Of a stretch of 64,000 nt of DNA, positions 38,862 to 47,254 are shown in pieces. Both the position numbers and the translations under genes were made by a program. Each line of letters opens with the position of its first letter. The stretch's first letter is position 1. Under the pieces are notes generated by a model. It saw only the letters and a list, made by a program, of their open reading frames with translations, had not been told where the DNA came from and did no database searches. Source of the stretch: an uncultured Clostridia bacterium (GTDB lineage Bacteria > Bacillota > Clostridia > Oscillospirales > Ruminococcaceae); the NCBI GenBank assembly GCA_947626165.1, contig CANQRG010000003.1, positions 8,375 through 72,374 of the forward strand, written 5' to 3'.

Positions 38862-38890
38862 TTGAAAAATTTATAGGACAAGTGTATAAT
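38862..38890 (+). promoter_or_regulatory. Promoter of the TetR gene, in the divergent control region
   Basis: TTGAAA, 17 bp spacer, TATAAT. The direct repeats caaatgaaca and aaaatgaaca at 38821-38853 are candidate operator half-sites. Confidence 0.55.
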
Positions 38891-38909
38891 AAATATGGAG
38901 GGACAGAAA

Positions 38910-39491
38910 ATGAAGCATGAAATTACAACTTTTAATACAAAGAAAACAATAGCGGCTTCTCTCAAAAAATTTATGGAGAAAAAGCCGCTTTCAAAAATAA
39001 CTGTAAGTGAAATTGTTGCCGACTGCAAAATTAACCGCAAGACGTTTTACTATCACTTTGAGAATATTCAGGATTTACTCAAATGGATGCTGGAGCAGGA
39101 GGCAATAGAGGTAGTAAAGAACTTCGACCTGCTTTTAGACTACGAGGACGCCATTAATTTTGTTCTTGATTATGTAGAGGAAAACAAGCATATACTTAAT
39201 TGCGCTTATGACTCTATAGGTTCAAACGAACTAAATAGGTTTTTCCACAATGATTTCAACAGCATTGTAATGACTATAATTAATCGCTATGAAGAAATTA
39301 TGGGTATTAAAGTCGATAATAACTTCAGAATATTCATATGTGATTTCTATACTGAAGCTATTGTCGGAATGATTGTAAGGCTGTTAAAAAACAAGCATCC
39401 TTACGACAGAAAAAAATTAATCGAGTATCTGTCCTTAACGATAAAATCATCATTACCGGCTGTGCTAAAAGAGGCAGAGAATAGTATTTAA
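38910..39491 (+). CDS. TetR/AcrR-family transcriptional regulator
   Basis: Start moved to the ATG at 38910 (GGAGGG RBS). KPLSKITVSEIVADCKINRKTFYYHF is the TetR HTH. Confidence 0.85.
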   Translation: MKHEITTFNTKKTIAASLKKFMEKKPLSKITVSEIVADCKINRKTFYYHFENIQDLLKWMLEQEAIEVVKNFDLLLDYEDAINFVLDYVEENKHILNCAYDSIGSNELNRFFHNDFNSIVMTIINRYEEIMGIKVDNNFRIFICDFYTEAIVGMIVRLLKNKHPYDRKKLIEYLSLTIKSSLPAVLKEAENSI

Positions 39492-39601
39492 TAATTTTCT
39501 GTGTATGGAAACGGGATTGCTTATTATAATGCAGATAAAATAACAACTGACAGTACACTTGTGAGTAATTCTTTTGTTGTCATACATATCATTACATTTC
39601 T

Positions 39602-40285
39602 TTAACATATAACAAAAATTTTCTTCAGCAACGAAACAAACTGACTTTCAGTTTTGGCAATTTTATCGTCTCCTTCAATAGTATAGACAGCATTATCACC
39701 ATAAACTATGGCACAAAAATTGCCGTTATTTATTTTACATATAGCAACCTCGCTGTTACCTATTAAAGATTTTTTTAATTCATTGTATGAACTGTCTAAC
39801 ATTTCTCCGTTAGAAGTCATAATTTCTACAACTTGATTATTTGGCAATTCAAGTTCCACAACTCCATATAAAATTTTTTGAGCATCTGAAAAACTAAATT
39901 TATACTTTTTCTTGTGTGCCTTTAAAAAGTCCTCTGTGCCATATTGTTTTTGCCATTGTCTTTCTGACACTTCTTTCAGTTTCCCACCAAACTTCGCATT
40001 TGAATACAATGAATCAATCTTGTTTATTACAACATTATCAACAGCTTCTTTTTCTCTTTTGTTTGTAGTTTCTGTAGGTGTTTGATATACTATTTCATGC
40101 ACTTGGTTATTACTCTGATGTATTTTCTCATAATTTGCAAAGACACAGATAGCTAATACCGTACATACAGCTACCACTGATATAGTATAAAATTTTTTTG
40201 TTTTCTTATACGATGAATTACTTACTTCTGCAATAAGAGCATCATCAATATTTCCTATAGCCTCAAACAATTGAAAACTTGTCAT
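39602..40285 (-). CDS. Putative anti-sigma factor (single TM segment)
   Basis: 4-nt overlap with the ECF sigma gene. TM segment FYTISVVAVCTVLAICVFA follows a short cytoplasmic N-terminus. Confidence 0.6.
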   Translation of the reverse strand: MTSFQLFEAIGNIDDALIAEVSNSSYKKTKKFYTISVVAVCTVLAICVFANYEKIHQSNNQVHEIVYQTPTETTNKREKEAVDNVVINKIDSLYSNAKFGGKLKEVSERQWQKQYGTEDFLKAHKKKYKFSFSDAQKILYGVVELELPNNQVVEIMTSNGEMLDSSYNELKKSLIGNSEVAICKINNGNFCAIVYGDNAVYTIEGDDKIAKTESQFVSLLKKIFVIC

Positions 40286-40845
40286 AAAGAATATCCCCTT
40301 TCTACTAAAAACAATCTCAATTTTTTTCTGCAGCGATACAATACGGATTCAACTCTTTTTTCTGTTGCATGATATTTTTCAGCTATCTCTTTTATGGATT
40401 TAGCATACCAATATCGCTCGATAAAATAATATCTATATTCTCTATTTTGTTCTTTAAGAAACACAGATATTGCATGAGACAGTTCTTTATACTCTACTTC
40501 TGTTTCTACGTTATTATCTGAAATAATACAGTCTTCAAGTTCTGACAAAAGTAACGAAAAATTATCGCATTCTCTTTTTTTACTCAATTTCTTCTTCAAA
40601 TAATCAATGGATAAATTTCGTATGATTTTTCCAGTATACGCAAGTAACGAATTAGGCCGTGCTGGGGGAATTGAATTCCATGTACGTAAATATGTTTCAT
40701 TAACACATTCCTCTGCATCTGAAATATTGTTTAAAATACGATATGATATATGAGTTAAATTCTGACCGTATTTTTTATGCAATAAATCTATGCCATCCTC
40801 ATTTCTCTCCCAAAACAACGCTACAATTGCATTGTCCGTATACAT
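40282..40845 (-). CDS. ECF-type RNA polymerase sigma-70 factor
   Basis: Start moved to the ATG at 40845. Region 2 is DAEECVNETYLRTWN. Region 4 is KSIKEIAEKYHATEKRVESVLYRCRKKL. Confidence 0.85.
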   Translation of the reverse strand: MYTDNAIVALFWERNEDGIDLLHKKYGQNLTHISYRILNNISDAEECVNETYLRTWNSIPPARPNSLLAYTGKIIRNLSIDYLKKKLSKKRECDNFSLLLSELEDCIISDNNVETEVEYKELSHAISVFLKEQNREYRYYFIERYWYAKSIKEIAEKYHATEKRVESVLYRCRKKLRLFLVERGYSL

Positions 40846-41148
40846 AAAGATTCCCTTCTTTCTCAAGCATTAGAAGATATCCCATTACTAATTAAGACGA
40901 AAAAAATACCTATGTCCCTCATCTATTTGCAGAAATCTGAAATATGCGCTTACTTATTTGTGAAATCTCTCGTTTATATTAATTATTTAATTATGCTATA
41001 AATAATTAATTAATAGAATATAAAATTTATCAAAATCTTCTTGCTTTTTAATAATTGCAATACGGTTACGCTCATAAATAATTTACTTTACAAATCAGTA
41101 TAATAAAAAAGCACCCGTAGAGGTGCTTAAATAAAAAATTAACATAAA

Positions 41149-41195
41149 AACAGAGGTCGTGTTTGAACACTTATGGTTCAGATGACGACCTCTGT
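41149..41195 (-). terminator. Hairpin that was probably the original tRNA-fMet terminator (chromosomal flank of the integration site)
   Basis: 12-bp stem aacagaggtcgt / acgacctctgtt, with a T-run on the minus strand. It sits immediately next to the outermost att repeat. Confidence 0.55.
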
Positions 41196-41200
41196 TCATT

Positions 41201-41245
41201 TGGTTGCGGAGGCTGGATTTGAACCAACGACCTTCGGGTTATGAG
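41201..41245 (-). repeat. att direct repeat 1 (45 nt copy of the tRNA-fMet 3' half)
   Basis: tggttgcggaggctggatttgaaccaacgaccttcgggttatgag, identical to 48924-48968 and 60096-60140. Confidence 0.95.
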
Positions 41246-41344
41246 TTGTGATTTTCTCATTTTATAACTTTTCATAATGTTTAATAAAAGCCAATTTTAC
41301 GCTGTTTAACAAGCATTTTAATTTTGTATCGTTTAATAGTTTTT

Positions 41345-41398
41345 AGTTGAATTTTATTGAATTATTGAATTATAGTTGAATTATTATTGAACTATAAT
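41345..41398 (+). repeat. Arm-type repeats (GTTGAATT/ATTGAA words) inside the left end of element A
   Basis: agttgaattttattgaattattgaattatagttgaattattattgaactataatt. The 19-mer at 41373-41391 recurs at 48842-48860. Confidence 0.7.
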
Positions 41399-41617
41399 TA
41401 AAGGGTTACAGATTGATTTCAATCTAGCTAATTAAATCAAAGCAAAAGTATCATTTTGCATATAAACGCACAAAAACGCTTTCTAATTGATATTTATTTT
41501 AATAGTGAAAGTTTACTATAAAATCAATAAAACGTCATACAGCGCATTTTCGTGCAAAATAGAGATGCATTATATAAGAATTAAAGCAGGACTGCACAAA
41601 GGCAATCCTGCTATTTT

Positions 41618-42010
41618 TTATTCGCCTAACATATCAAAGTGCCTTCGGTATCTTCTAGGAATGTTTATGCCTACCATAAATCCAAGCTCTTGGAGAACAT
41701 CAGATATTATTGAAAAACCGTCTTTATAAAATGCTTTTATTCTTCTGCTCTTATCTGATATATTTTTATAATCAGGAGGACATACAAATGTCCAGTCCGC
41801 TCCTTCATCATCAAGTATTATACGAAAATACTTGTCTATATCCTTATCCGAAAAGCCTGCTTTTAAAAGTAAAATATGATGTTCCATAGCTTCGTCAATA
41901 TGGCTTGCAATTACCGTTTTACCGTCAAAGGATATAAGTACTAGTAATGGCTCTTTGTTGCTTATAGCGTTGTTTACGTCCGCTTCTGACGGGTATTTAA
42001 TTATCTCCAT
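41618..42010 (-). CDS. Hypothetical protein (130 aa), overlapping the upstream RHH gene
   Basis: Start taken at the ATG at 42010, giving a 14-nt overlap with the RHH ORF. I recognise no motif. Confidence 0.55.
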   Translation of the reverse strand: MEIIKYPSEADVNNAISNKEPLLVLISFDGKTVIASHIDEAMEHHILLLKAGFSDKDIDKYFRIILDDEGADWTFVCPPDYKNISDKSRRIKAFYKDGFSIISDVLQELGFMVGINIPRRYRRHFDMLGE

Positions 42011-42212
42011 TATCGTTATCCCTTTCCATTGTTTCGTCAATAGCTCGATTAATAAATCCGTTCAAGGTTTCGCCCCTGATTGAAGCGTGAACCTTAATTT
42101 TTTCTTTTTTGCCTTTTGGCTTTACCGTCAATTCTATTCTGTCATAATTATTCTTAATATATTTATGCACCGCTTTTTGTTGAGCCTTACTTATCTTCCT
42201 GTTTTCAGCCAT
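41997..42212 (-). CDS. Ribbon-helix-helix (CopG/Arc-like) DNA-binding protein
   Basis: 71 aa with a basic N-terminal strand region, and GETLNGFINRAIDETM resembling RHH helix 2. Confidence 0.55.
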   Translation of the reverse strand: MAENRKISKAQQKAVHKYIKNNYDRIELTVKPKGKKEKIKVHASIRGETLNGFINRAIDETMERDNDNGDN

Positions 42213-42300
42213 ATTTATACTGCCTTTCTATTTTTATTGAAGGGGGAGCGACATTTATATGGTTGCTCCTATTCTTCCATTATAAGCATATCATATTTAT

Positions 42301-42391
42301 CTATTTACGTCAATAGACGATATGCACAAATCTATTCACGTAAATTTGTTGAATATTACATATTGACTATTCACGTGAATAGTGATACAAT
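42301..42391 (+). promoter_or_regulatory. Three operator-like sites plus a promoter in the divergent control region of element A
   Basis: CTATTTACGTCAATAG (42301-42316), CTATTCACGTAAAT (42332-), and the perfect palindrome CTATTCACGTGAATAG (42367-42382), which overlaps TTGACT, 17 bp spacer, TACAAT (42363-42391). Confidence 0.65.
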
Positions 42392-42581
42392 ATAATTACA
42401 GTAAAGGAGCGAACAGTTCCGATACTTAACGGATTGCTACACGAAACGAGCAGGATAGCGACCAGACCGCTAGCGTTTGCAGACGTGAACAACTGCACCG
42501 TCCGCAGGGAACAATCGAAAAGCCCTGCAGGTGTCAAGCCTACCTATCAAGGTTAAAATAAAAAGTAAAGGAAGAAAAACA

Positions 42582-42857
42582 ATGAGTACTATCGAATTAA
42601 CACACAAGGTTAGGGAACTTAAAGAGCTAAAAGCTCAAGCTGAAATGCTTCAAGATGAGATAACCTCTATTGAGGACATTATCAAAGCAGAAATGCTTAC
42701 AAGGGGCGTAGACGAAATGCAGATTGATATATACAAAGTCAGATATAAGACTATTATATCAAATCGTTTTGATAGTAAAGCATTTAAGTCCACCCACGAG
42801 GAACTTTATAAACAGTACACAACGCAAACGGAAGCAAAACGATTTACCGTTGCATAA
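42582..42857 (+). CDS. Hypothetical coiled-coil protein (91 aa)
   Basis: Start moved to the ATG at 42582 (AAAGGAAG RBS). The N-terminal heptad-like segment is KVRELKELKAQAEMLQDEITSIEDIIK. Confidence 0.6.
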   Translation: MSTIELTHKVRELKELKAQAEMLQDEITSIEDIIKAEMLTRGVDEMQIDIYKVRYKTIISNRFDSKAFKSTHEELYKQYTTQTEAKRFTVA

Positions 42858-42990
42858 AGAAAACGCCTTACATAACAACTAAACCACAAGCGTTACGTAA
42901 GGCACACCCTAAGGACAAATAGCCCTTGAATATAATATATCACATACAGGGCTATTTGTCAAGACTTTATTTGAAAGGATTTACATATTT

Positions 42991-43236
42991 ATGAAAAAAG
43001 ACATAAGTGAAAAGACAACAGGGAAAAATTCAGAAATTAATATCCCCGAGCTTGTACGTATATTGGGTTATCAAACTGCATATCCTACGCAGTTTAAAGT
43101 ATTTGAAAAACTTATAAATGAAATTAGGTCAATAGATCAATCAAGAGTATTTGTCTTAATAAATTTTTTTAACTATGGATTTATTGAGGGTAAAAGAGCA
43201 GAAAGAGCTAGAAGAAAACATAAATCAATAAATTAA
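42991..43236 (+). CDS. Hypothetical protein (81 aa)
   Basis: ATG after GAAAGGA, followed by a terminator. I recognise no family. Confidence 0.5.
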   Translation: MKKDISEKTTGKNSEINIPELVRILGYQTAYPTQFKVFEKLINEIRSIDQSRVFVLINFFNYGFIEGKRAERARRKHKSIN

Positions 43237-43249
43237 TTGACTAAGGGTA

Positions 43250-43284
43250 AGGAACAAGTTAGCAGGCTTGTTCCTATTTTGTTT
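43250..43284 (+). terminator. Rho-independent terminator
   Basis: aggaacaag-ttagcagg-cttgttcct followed by attttgtttt. Confidence 0.7.
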
Positions 43285-43507
43285 TCACGCACGTATATCA
43301 ACATTTCTCCACATTTTTATTGATTATTTATTGCTCTAACATTTTCTCACATATTTATGCAATCCTACTTAAATGTTTCCCATTAACTTAACACTTAATT
43401 AGTTGTTTGTTGATTATCTTGTTGATTGAATTAATATGTATCGTAATTTACTACGGTAAATACGGTAAATTTGCCTTGTTGCTCGCTTGTTATATTCTTT
43501 GTTGATT

Positions 43508-44338
43508 TTAGATGATCCTATACTTGCTTGAATGTTCTAAATCATAGTTAATATGATGTTGATATATTAAAGCCTGCTTTTTTCCATAAGTTAAAAACTC
43601 TCCTCTTTGCTCAGCTCTTGCAATATAATTAATTATATCGTAATACTCAGGAGAAGCCCAATAGCTTGCGGATAATTGCTTTATGTGCGTATTCTCCTTG
43701 CTTTCTCTATATATAAGAAGCAACTTGTCATTTTTTCTTAGCTTTCTTATAGCTTTAGCTTCTATCTGTTTTACACGATCACGGCTAACATTCATTTGCT
43801 TGCCAATTTGCTCTAAGGTCATATTTTCAAAGAAATACCGTATTATAACGCTCCTATATGGTTCATCAAGCCCTGCTACTGCTTCACGGACTATACGCCT
43901 ATCATAATCAAGCTCTATGTCATCAAAGGCTATTTCTGCATATTCATCTGCAAGAGTATCTCCTAAAGTTATGTTATCATCAGACAAATCAACAGGTTTA
44001 TCAAGACTGGAACAATTATCAAGAGGTTTATTATTCTCTTTTCCGTTCCTTACACCCAACATATCATTAATTGCATTTAAAAGCGGATATGATAGATAAG
44101 TGTTAAACAAAGCAGGTTTGTCAGGTTTATATCCCTCTATTGCTTTTATGTAAACCTCATAGCAGGCTTGCTTAATATCCCAAAGCTCCACACCGCATTT
44201 ATCACAATACTGTTTACGGCGGTTATATTCCTGAGTTGCTTTTTTATATAGCAGTTTTTTCACACGCTCCCAAAGTACGGGTTTTAAATCGTCACTGTCT
44301 CCCTCTTTAATGAATTTAGCAAGCTGTTCGTTTGTCAA
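43508..44338 (-). CDS. Sigma-70-family sigma factor with a C-terminal extension (element-encoded)
   Basis: Region-4 HTH: MTLEQIGKQMNVSRDRVKQIEAKAIRKLRK. Region-2-like segment: CYEVYIKAIEGYKP...FNTYLSYPL. Confidence 0.75.
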   Translation of the reverse strand: MTNEQLAKFIKEGDSDDLKPVLWERVKKLLYKKATQEYNRRKQYCDKCGVELWDIKQACYEVYIKAIEGYKPDKPALFNTYLSYPLLNAINDMLGVRNGKENNKPLDNCSSLDKPVDLSDDNITLGDTLADEYAEIAFDDIELDYDRRIVREAVAGLDEPYRSVIIRYFFENMTLEQIGKQMNVSRDRVKQIEAKAIRKLRKNDKLLLIYRESKENTHIKQLSASYWASPEYYDIINYIARAEQRGEFLTYGKKQALIYQHHINYDLEHSSKYRII

Positions 44339-44638
44339 TTTATTTTACCCTCGCTTTTATGATGTTTGAAACATTATTGTTATCAAATCATATATTTAGC
44401 AGGCTTTGTCCTTTTAGGGTTAAAAAAATGGCTAGTTTTTTAGGGCGTCCGATTTGTCCGAATACTTCTTTTTTAGGGAGTCGGGAATGTCGGGATTTTT
44501 CAAATTCTCGAGGTTTGCTCGGGTTTCGTTCGTTATCATCTAGTTGTTTGCTCGTTTTTGTTTCTCTCTGTTCGCTCTCTGTTCGTTGTTTTCTCTCGCT
44601 TCGTTCTCGCTTCAAGTGTTATTGAAATGTCGTGAAAC

Positions 44639-44675
44639 TATTTTCACTAGGTAGTGAATTTATTTTCACTAGGTA
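44639..44675 (+). repeat. Direct repeat tattttcactaggta x2 (22-bp spacing)
   Basis: Copies at 44639-44653 and 44661-44675. Confidence 0.8.
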
Positions 44676-44765
44676 CAGTACATTGAATTTCTTTTAATAT
44701 CTTAGTCATTTTTTGCTTTTATTTGTCCTTTGTTTGCCATTTTTCTTTGATTAACTAGAGTTTTT

Positions 44766-44891
44766 CTGAGAAAAATCATAGTTATTCCGAGAATAACCAT
44801 AGTTAATCTGAGAAAAATGTATACAATTCTTTGAAAAATGTGTACATTTATCAATAAAATGTATACATTTCTTAAAATTATGTATACAATC
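44766..44891 (+). repeat. Six phased 21-bp iterons (putative replication origin of element A)
   Basis: Unit starts at 44766, 44787, 44808, 44829, 44850 and 44871. Consensus (c)tgagaaaaATGTATACAat. The last four contain the TGTATACA/TGTGTACA palindrome. Confidence 0.8.
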
Positions 44892-44941
44892 AAATTGTTT
44901 CATATATGTTATAAGTATCATATAGACTTTATTTATTTGGC

Positions 44942-45068
44942 TGTCTAAAAAATAGACAAGTCTAGTCTAAAAATTAGACAAGATTTCTATTTTTGAGCTT
45001 TTCACTTGTCTAAAAATTAGACAACCGTCACCGATTTTTTTAATTTTGGCTTGTCTAAAAATTAGACA
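44942..45068 (+). repeat. Four copies of the 17-bp palindrome TGTCTAAAAATTAGACA, immediately 3' of the rep-like gene
   Basis: Copies start at 44942, 44964, 45007 and 45052 (spacings 22, 43 and 45 bp). Confidence 0.85.
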
Positions 45069-45100
45069 CCTTTCTATATATACCATATACTTTTTTATTT

Positions 45101-45547
45101 TTATCTGTCTTTATTTTTTATTAAAGGGGTTGGAACGACATTTTGATTATAACTACGCTTTCGAATATCATAATTATAACCCTGTTCCTGTAATATAAAA
45201 CGCCATTTCATACTGAGTTTATAAAGATTAGACTTTCTTAGGTTACGATTAAACTCAATAACTTCTATAAATCCGTTTTCTACAAGCAAATCTCTTGAAT
45301 TTAAAAAGGTTTGCCTTGACATATCTAAACGATTTCTAGCTTGTGTTTCAGGATATGTAAAGGGCTCATCAAAATCCGCACCTACATAAAGATACATATC
45401 AATAAATAAACATCTTGCACTATATGTTATTTTTTTAAAAAGAGGGCTCAAATATAGGCTCGATGTAATTCTTATATATGGCTCGTGTCCGTCTTTAGTA
45501 TTTGTAAAGTAAGGCGGTATAGGTGTAATTCCATTTTTGCGTGACAA
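45101..45547 (-). CDS. Putative replication initiator / winged-helix DNA-binding protein
   Basis: The segment ETQARNRLDMSRQTFLNSRDLLVENGFIEV resembles a wHTH. It is located directly next to the iteron field. The functional call is by context. Confidence 0.5.
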   Translation of the reverse strand: MSRKNGITPIPPYFTNTKDGHEPYIRITSSLYLSPLFKKITYSARCLFIDMYLYVGADFDEPFTYPETQARNRLDMSRQTFLNSRDLLVENGFIEVIEFNRNLRKSNLYKLSMKWRFILQEQGYNYDIRKRSYNQNVVPTPLIKNKDR

Positions 45548-45560
45548 AAAGTATTACCCC

Positions 45561-45890
45561 CTAACTGTCATTGCTTATATTGCCCTCAAACTCACTTGCA
45601 AGCTCCCATTCTTCTAAACGCTTCTTAGCAGGCATTAGGGTACGCAATATTGATAAAGCTCTTGATTTTTCTTGCTTTACAAAGCTTCTCAGCTCTGCTT
45701 GAGTTTCGGGGTAGAAATAGCCATTTGAATTTGATAAAATAACGACCTTAGACCGTCTAAGCTGTTCTATAGCCTTTCTTAAATCTCGTTCACATAGTCC
45801 TGAGATCTTTTGCAGATATTTAGAGCTTGTTGCATTTTCACGCCCAGTTGCTATATTGTCGCATATTAATTGTAATATCTTATCCGTCAT
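45561..45890 (-). CDS. Hypothetical protein (109 aa)
   Basis: Tightly packed in the xis-rep operon (1-nt overlap with the upstream gene). Confidence 0.55.
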   Translation of the reverse strand: MTDKILQLICDNIATGRENATSSKYLQKISGLCERDLRKAIEQLRRSKVVILSNSNGYFYPETQAELRSFVKQEKSRALSILRTLMPAKKRLEEWELASEFEGNISNDS

Positions 45891-46093
45891 TATATTGCCC
45901 CCTGTTCGCCCTTATAGAGAAAATCTATAAGGCTATCAAGATTGACAAGGCTTTTATTGCCTGCTTTAACGTATACGACTTTATTTTGCTTTACAAGTTG
46001 TCTAAGAAAGTGCTCTGGTATTCCTGCTTCTATAGCTCCCTGTTTTATTGTCCTCATTCTCGGGAGCGGTCTGCTAATATTAATGTTTGCCAA
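45890..46093 (-). CDS. Excisionase-type (MerR/HTH_17-like) DNA-binding protein
   Basis: 67 aa. RTIKQGAIEAGIPEHFLRQLVKQNKVVYVKAGNKSLVNLDSL is typical of small Xis/AlpA-type proteins. Confidence 0.6.
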   Translation of the reverse strand: MANINISRPLPRMRTIKQGAIEAGIPEHFLRQLVKQNKVVYVKAGNKSLVNLDSLIDFLYKGEQGAI

Positions 46094-46224
46094 TTTAAAC
46101 TCCTTTACTATTGCGTTTCCGTCTAAATCGTGCTACAATAAAGGCGGAAACTCGGTTGATGTCCGTATGTTTCTGTTAGCAGGATTGAACAATCCTGCTT
46201 TAACCGTCTGAGTATTCGCAGTAC

Positions 46225-46410
46225 TCAGGCGGTTTTTTCTTGCTCTGATAGTTTTTTAATAATGCTCATTATGTTTTCCTGTTCTTGCTCCGAAAGCTCA
46301 GAACGCATTCGGCGTGTCATAGTAGGTTCTGAAATTCCCATTTCTTTTGCTATCTGCCAAAGATATACCCCTTTCTTTTTTGCATACTCTCTAATACTTT
46401 TGTTAGTCAT
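46225..46410 (-). CDS. Cro-like HTH regulator (61 aa)
   Basis: Start moved to the ATG at 46410 (AAGGAG RBS). LWQIAKEMGISEPTMTRRM is the HTH. Divergent from the XRE repressor gene. Confidence 0.65.
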   Translation of the reverse strand: MTNKSIREYAKKKGVYLWQIAKEMGISEPTMTRRMRSELSEQEQENIMSIIKKLSEQEKTA

Positions 46411-46585
46411 AACAACACTCCTTAAAAAATACTTGACAATCATCATCTAATCAGTTATAATGAATTTATGATGATGATTTTCATAATCGCATTATAACAT
46501 AAAAGTGACAAACAATCCGTATATTCATTATAATTTTATAATAATGAAATATAATATTTTAAATTCATTATTACAGGAGGACTTT

Positions 46586-47254
46586 ATGATAAAGCTGACA
46601 ATAGGAGAGCGTTTAAAAGATGAGCGTGTAAATAATAACCTAACTATTCAACAAGTATGTGACAAATTAAAAGAAAAGTATAACTTTAAGCTTTCAGTAG
46701 GTAAACTCAATGAAATGGAAAGCGATGAAGATAAAGATTTTGGTTATCGTGCTTTTGTATATTTATCAAAGCTTTATAAAGTTTCAACTGATTATTTACT
46801 AGGTCGAACTGAAGCAAAAACAACAGATGTTTTTGAACGAGAAATGTGCGATTATACGGGATTAAGTGAAAAGTCATTAAGAAAAATATTTAGTATGAAT
46901 ATGGCTTCAAAAACTCTTTTTAAATCTGGCGGTCCTATAGATGTATTAAATTATTTATTAGAGGGGAATTATTTTCATAATATAATTATTGCTTTATCTT
47001 CACTGGCTGAAGCGAGCGATGATGCCGTAGCTCGTGAAATACATTATGAAGACGATGAAGAAAATTATGAAGACTGGAAAATAAGAACGGCTGATGATGA
47101 ATCTAATTTAATAAGATACCGCATTTCAGAATTAACAACAAGAATGCTTGATGAATTTGATAGACGCAGTGAAAATAATACAGAGTTCAGAAAAAACAAG
47201 TATGGTTCCTCGTCAGTCATTACTGACGAATATGAAAAAGACGAGAATGTATAA
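46586..47254 (+). CDS. XRE-family repressor-like protein (CI/Stl position)
   Basis: Start moved to the ATG at 46586 (AGGAGG RBS). IGERLKDERVNNNLTIQQVCDKL is the HTH_3 motif, followed by a long C-terminal domain. Confidence 0.7.
   Translation: MIKLTIGERLKDERVNNNLTIQQVCDKLKEKYNFKLSVGKLNEMESDEDKDFGYRAFVYLSKLYKVSTDYLLGRTEAKTTDVFEREMCDYTGLSEKSLRKIFSMNMASKTLFKSGGPIDVLNYLLEGNYFHNIIIALSSLAEASDDAVAREIHYEDDEENYEDWKIRTADDESNLIRYRISELTTRMLDEFDRRSENNTEFRKNKYGSSSVITDEYEKDENV

Noticed and set aside
38801-39040. 79-aa minus-strand ORF across the TetR promoter region
   Set aside because: It overlaps the TetR start and its promoter/operator, and its peptide is hydrophobic and low-complexity. The TetR gene on the other strand has a clear HTH and RBS.
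41201-41245. Truncated tRNA pseudogenes at 41201-41245 and 48924-48968
   Set aside because: They are exact 45-nt copies of the 3' half of the intact tRNA-fMet and each is paired with an integrase. They are att repeats generated by site-specific integration, not decayed tRNA genes.
41487-41729. 80-aa plus-strand ORF near the left end of element A
   Set aside because: It overlaps the 3' end of the 130-aa minus-strand gene. It starts with TTG in AT-rich arm-repeat DNA and has no RBS.
44332-44893. Track ORFs 44332-44625 (+), 44388-44615 (-) and 44702-44893 (-) as small proteins of element A
   Set aside because: They overlap each other on opposite strands and have low-complexity compositions (S/L/F/R or I/L/Y-rich). 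They coincide with the iteron and T/G-skewed repeat field. The region is better explained as a non-coding origin.
45827-46211. Plus-strand ORFs 45827-46126 and 45942-46211 in element A
   Set aside because: They are antisense to the xis-like and 109-aa genes, which have proper RBSs and operon packing. Their composition is hydrophobic and low-complexity.
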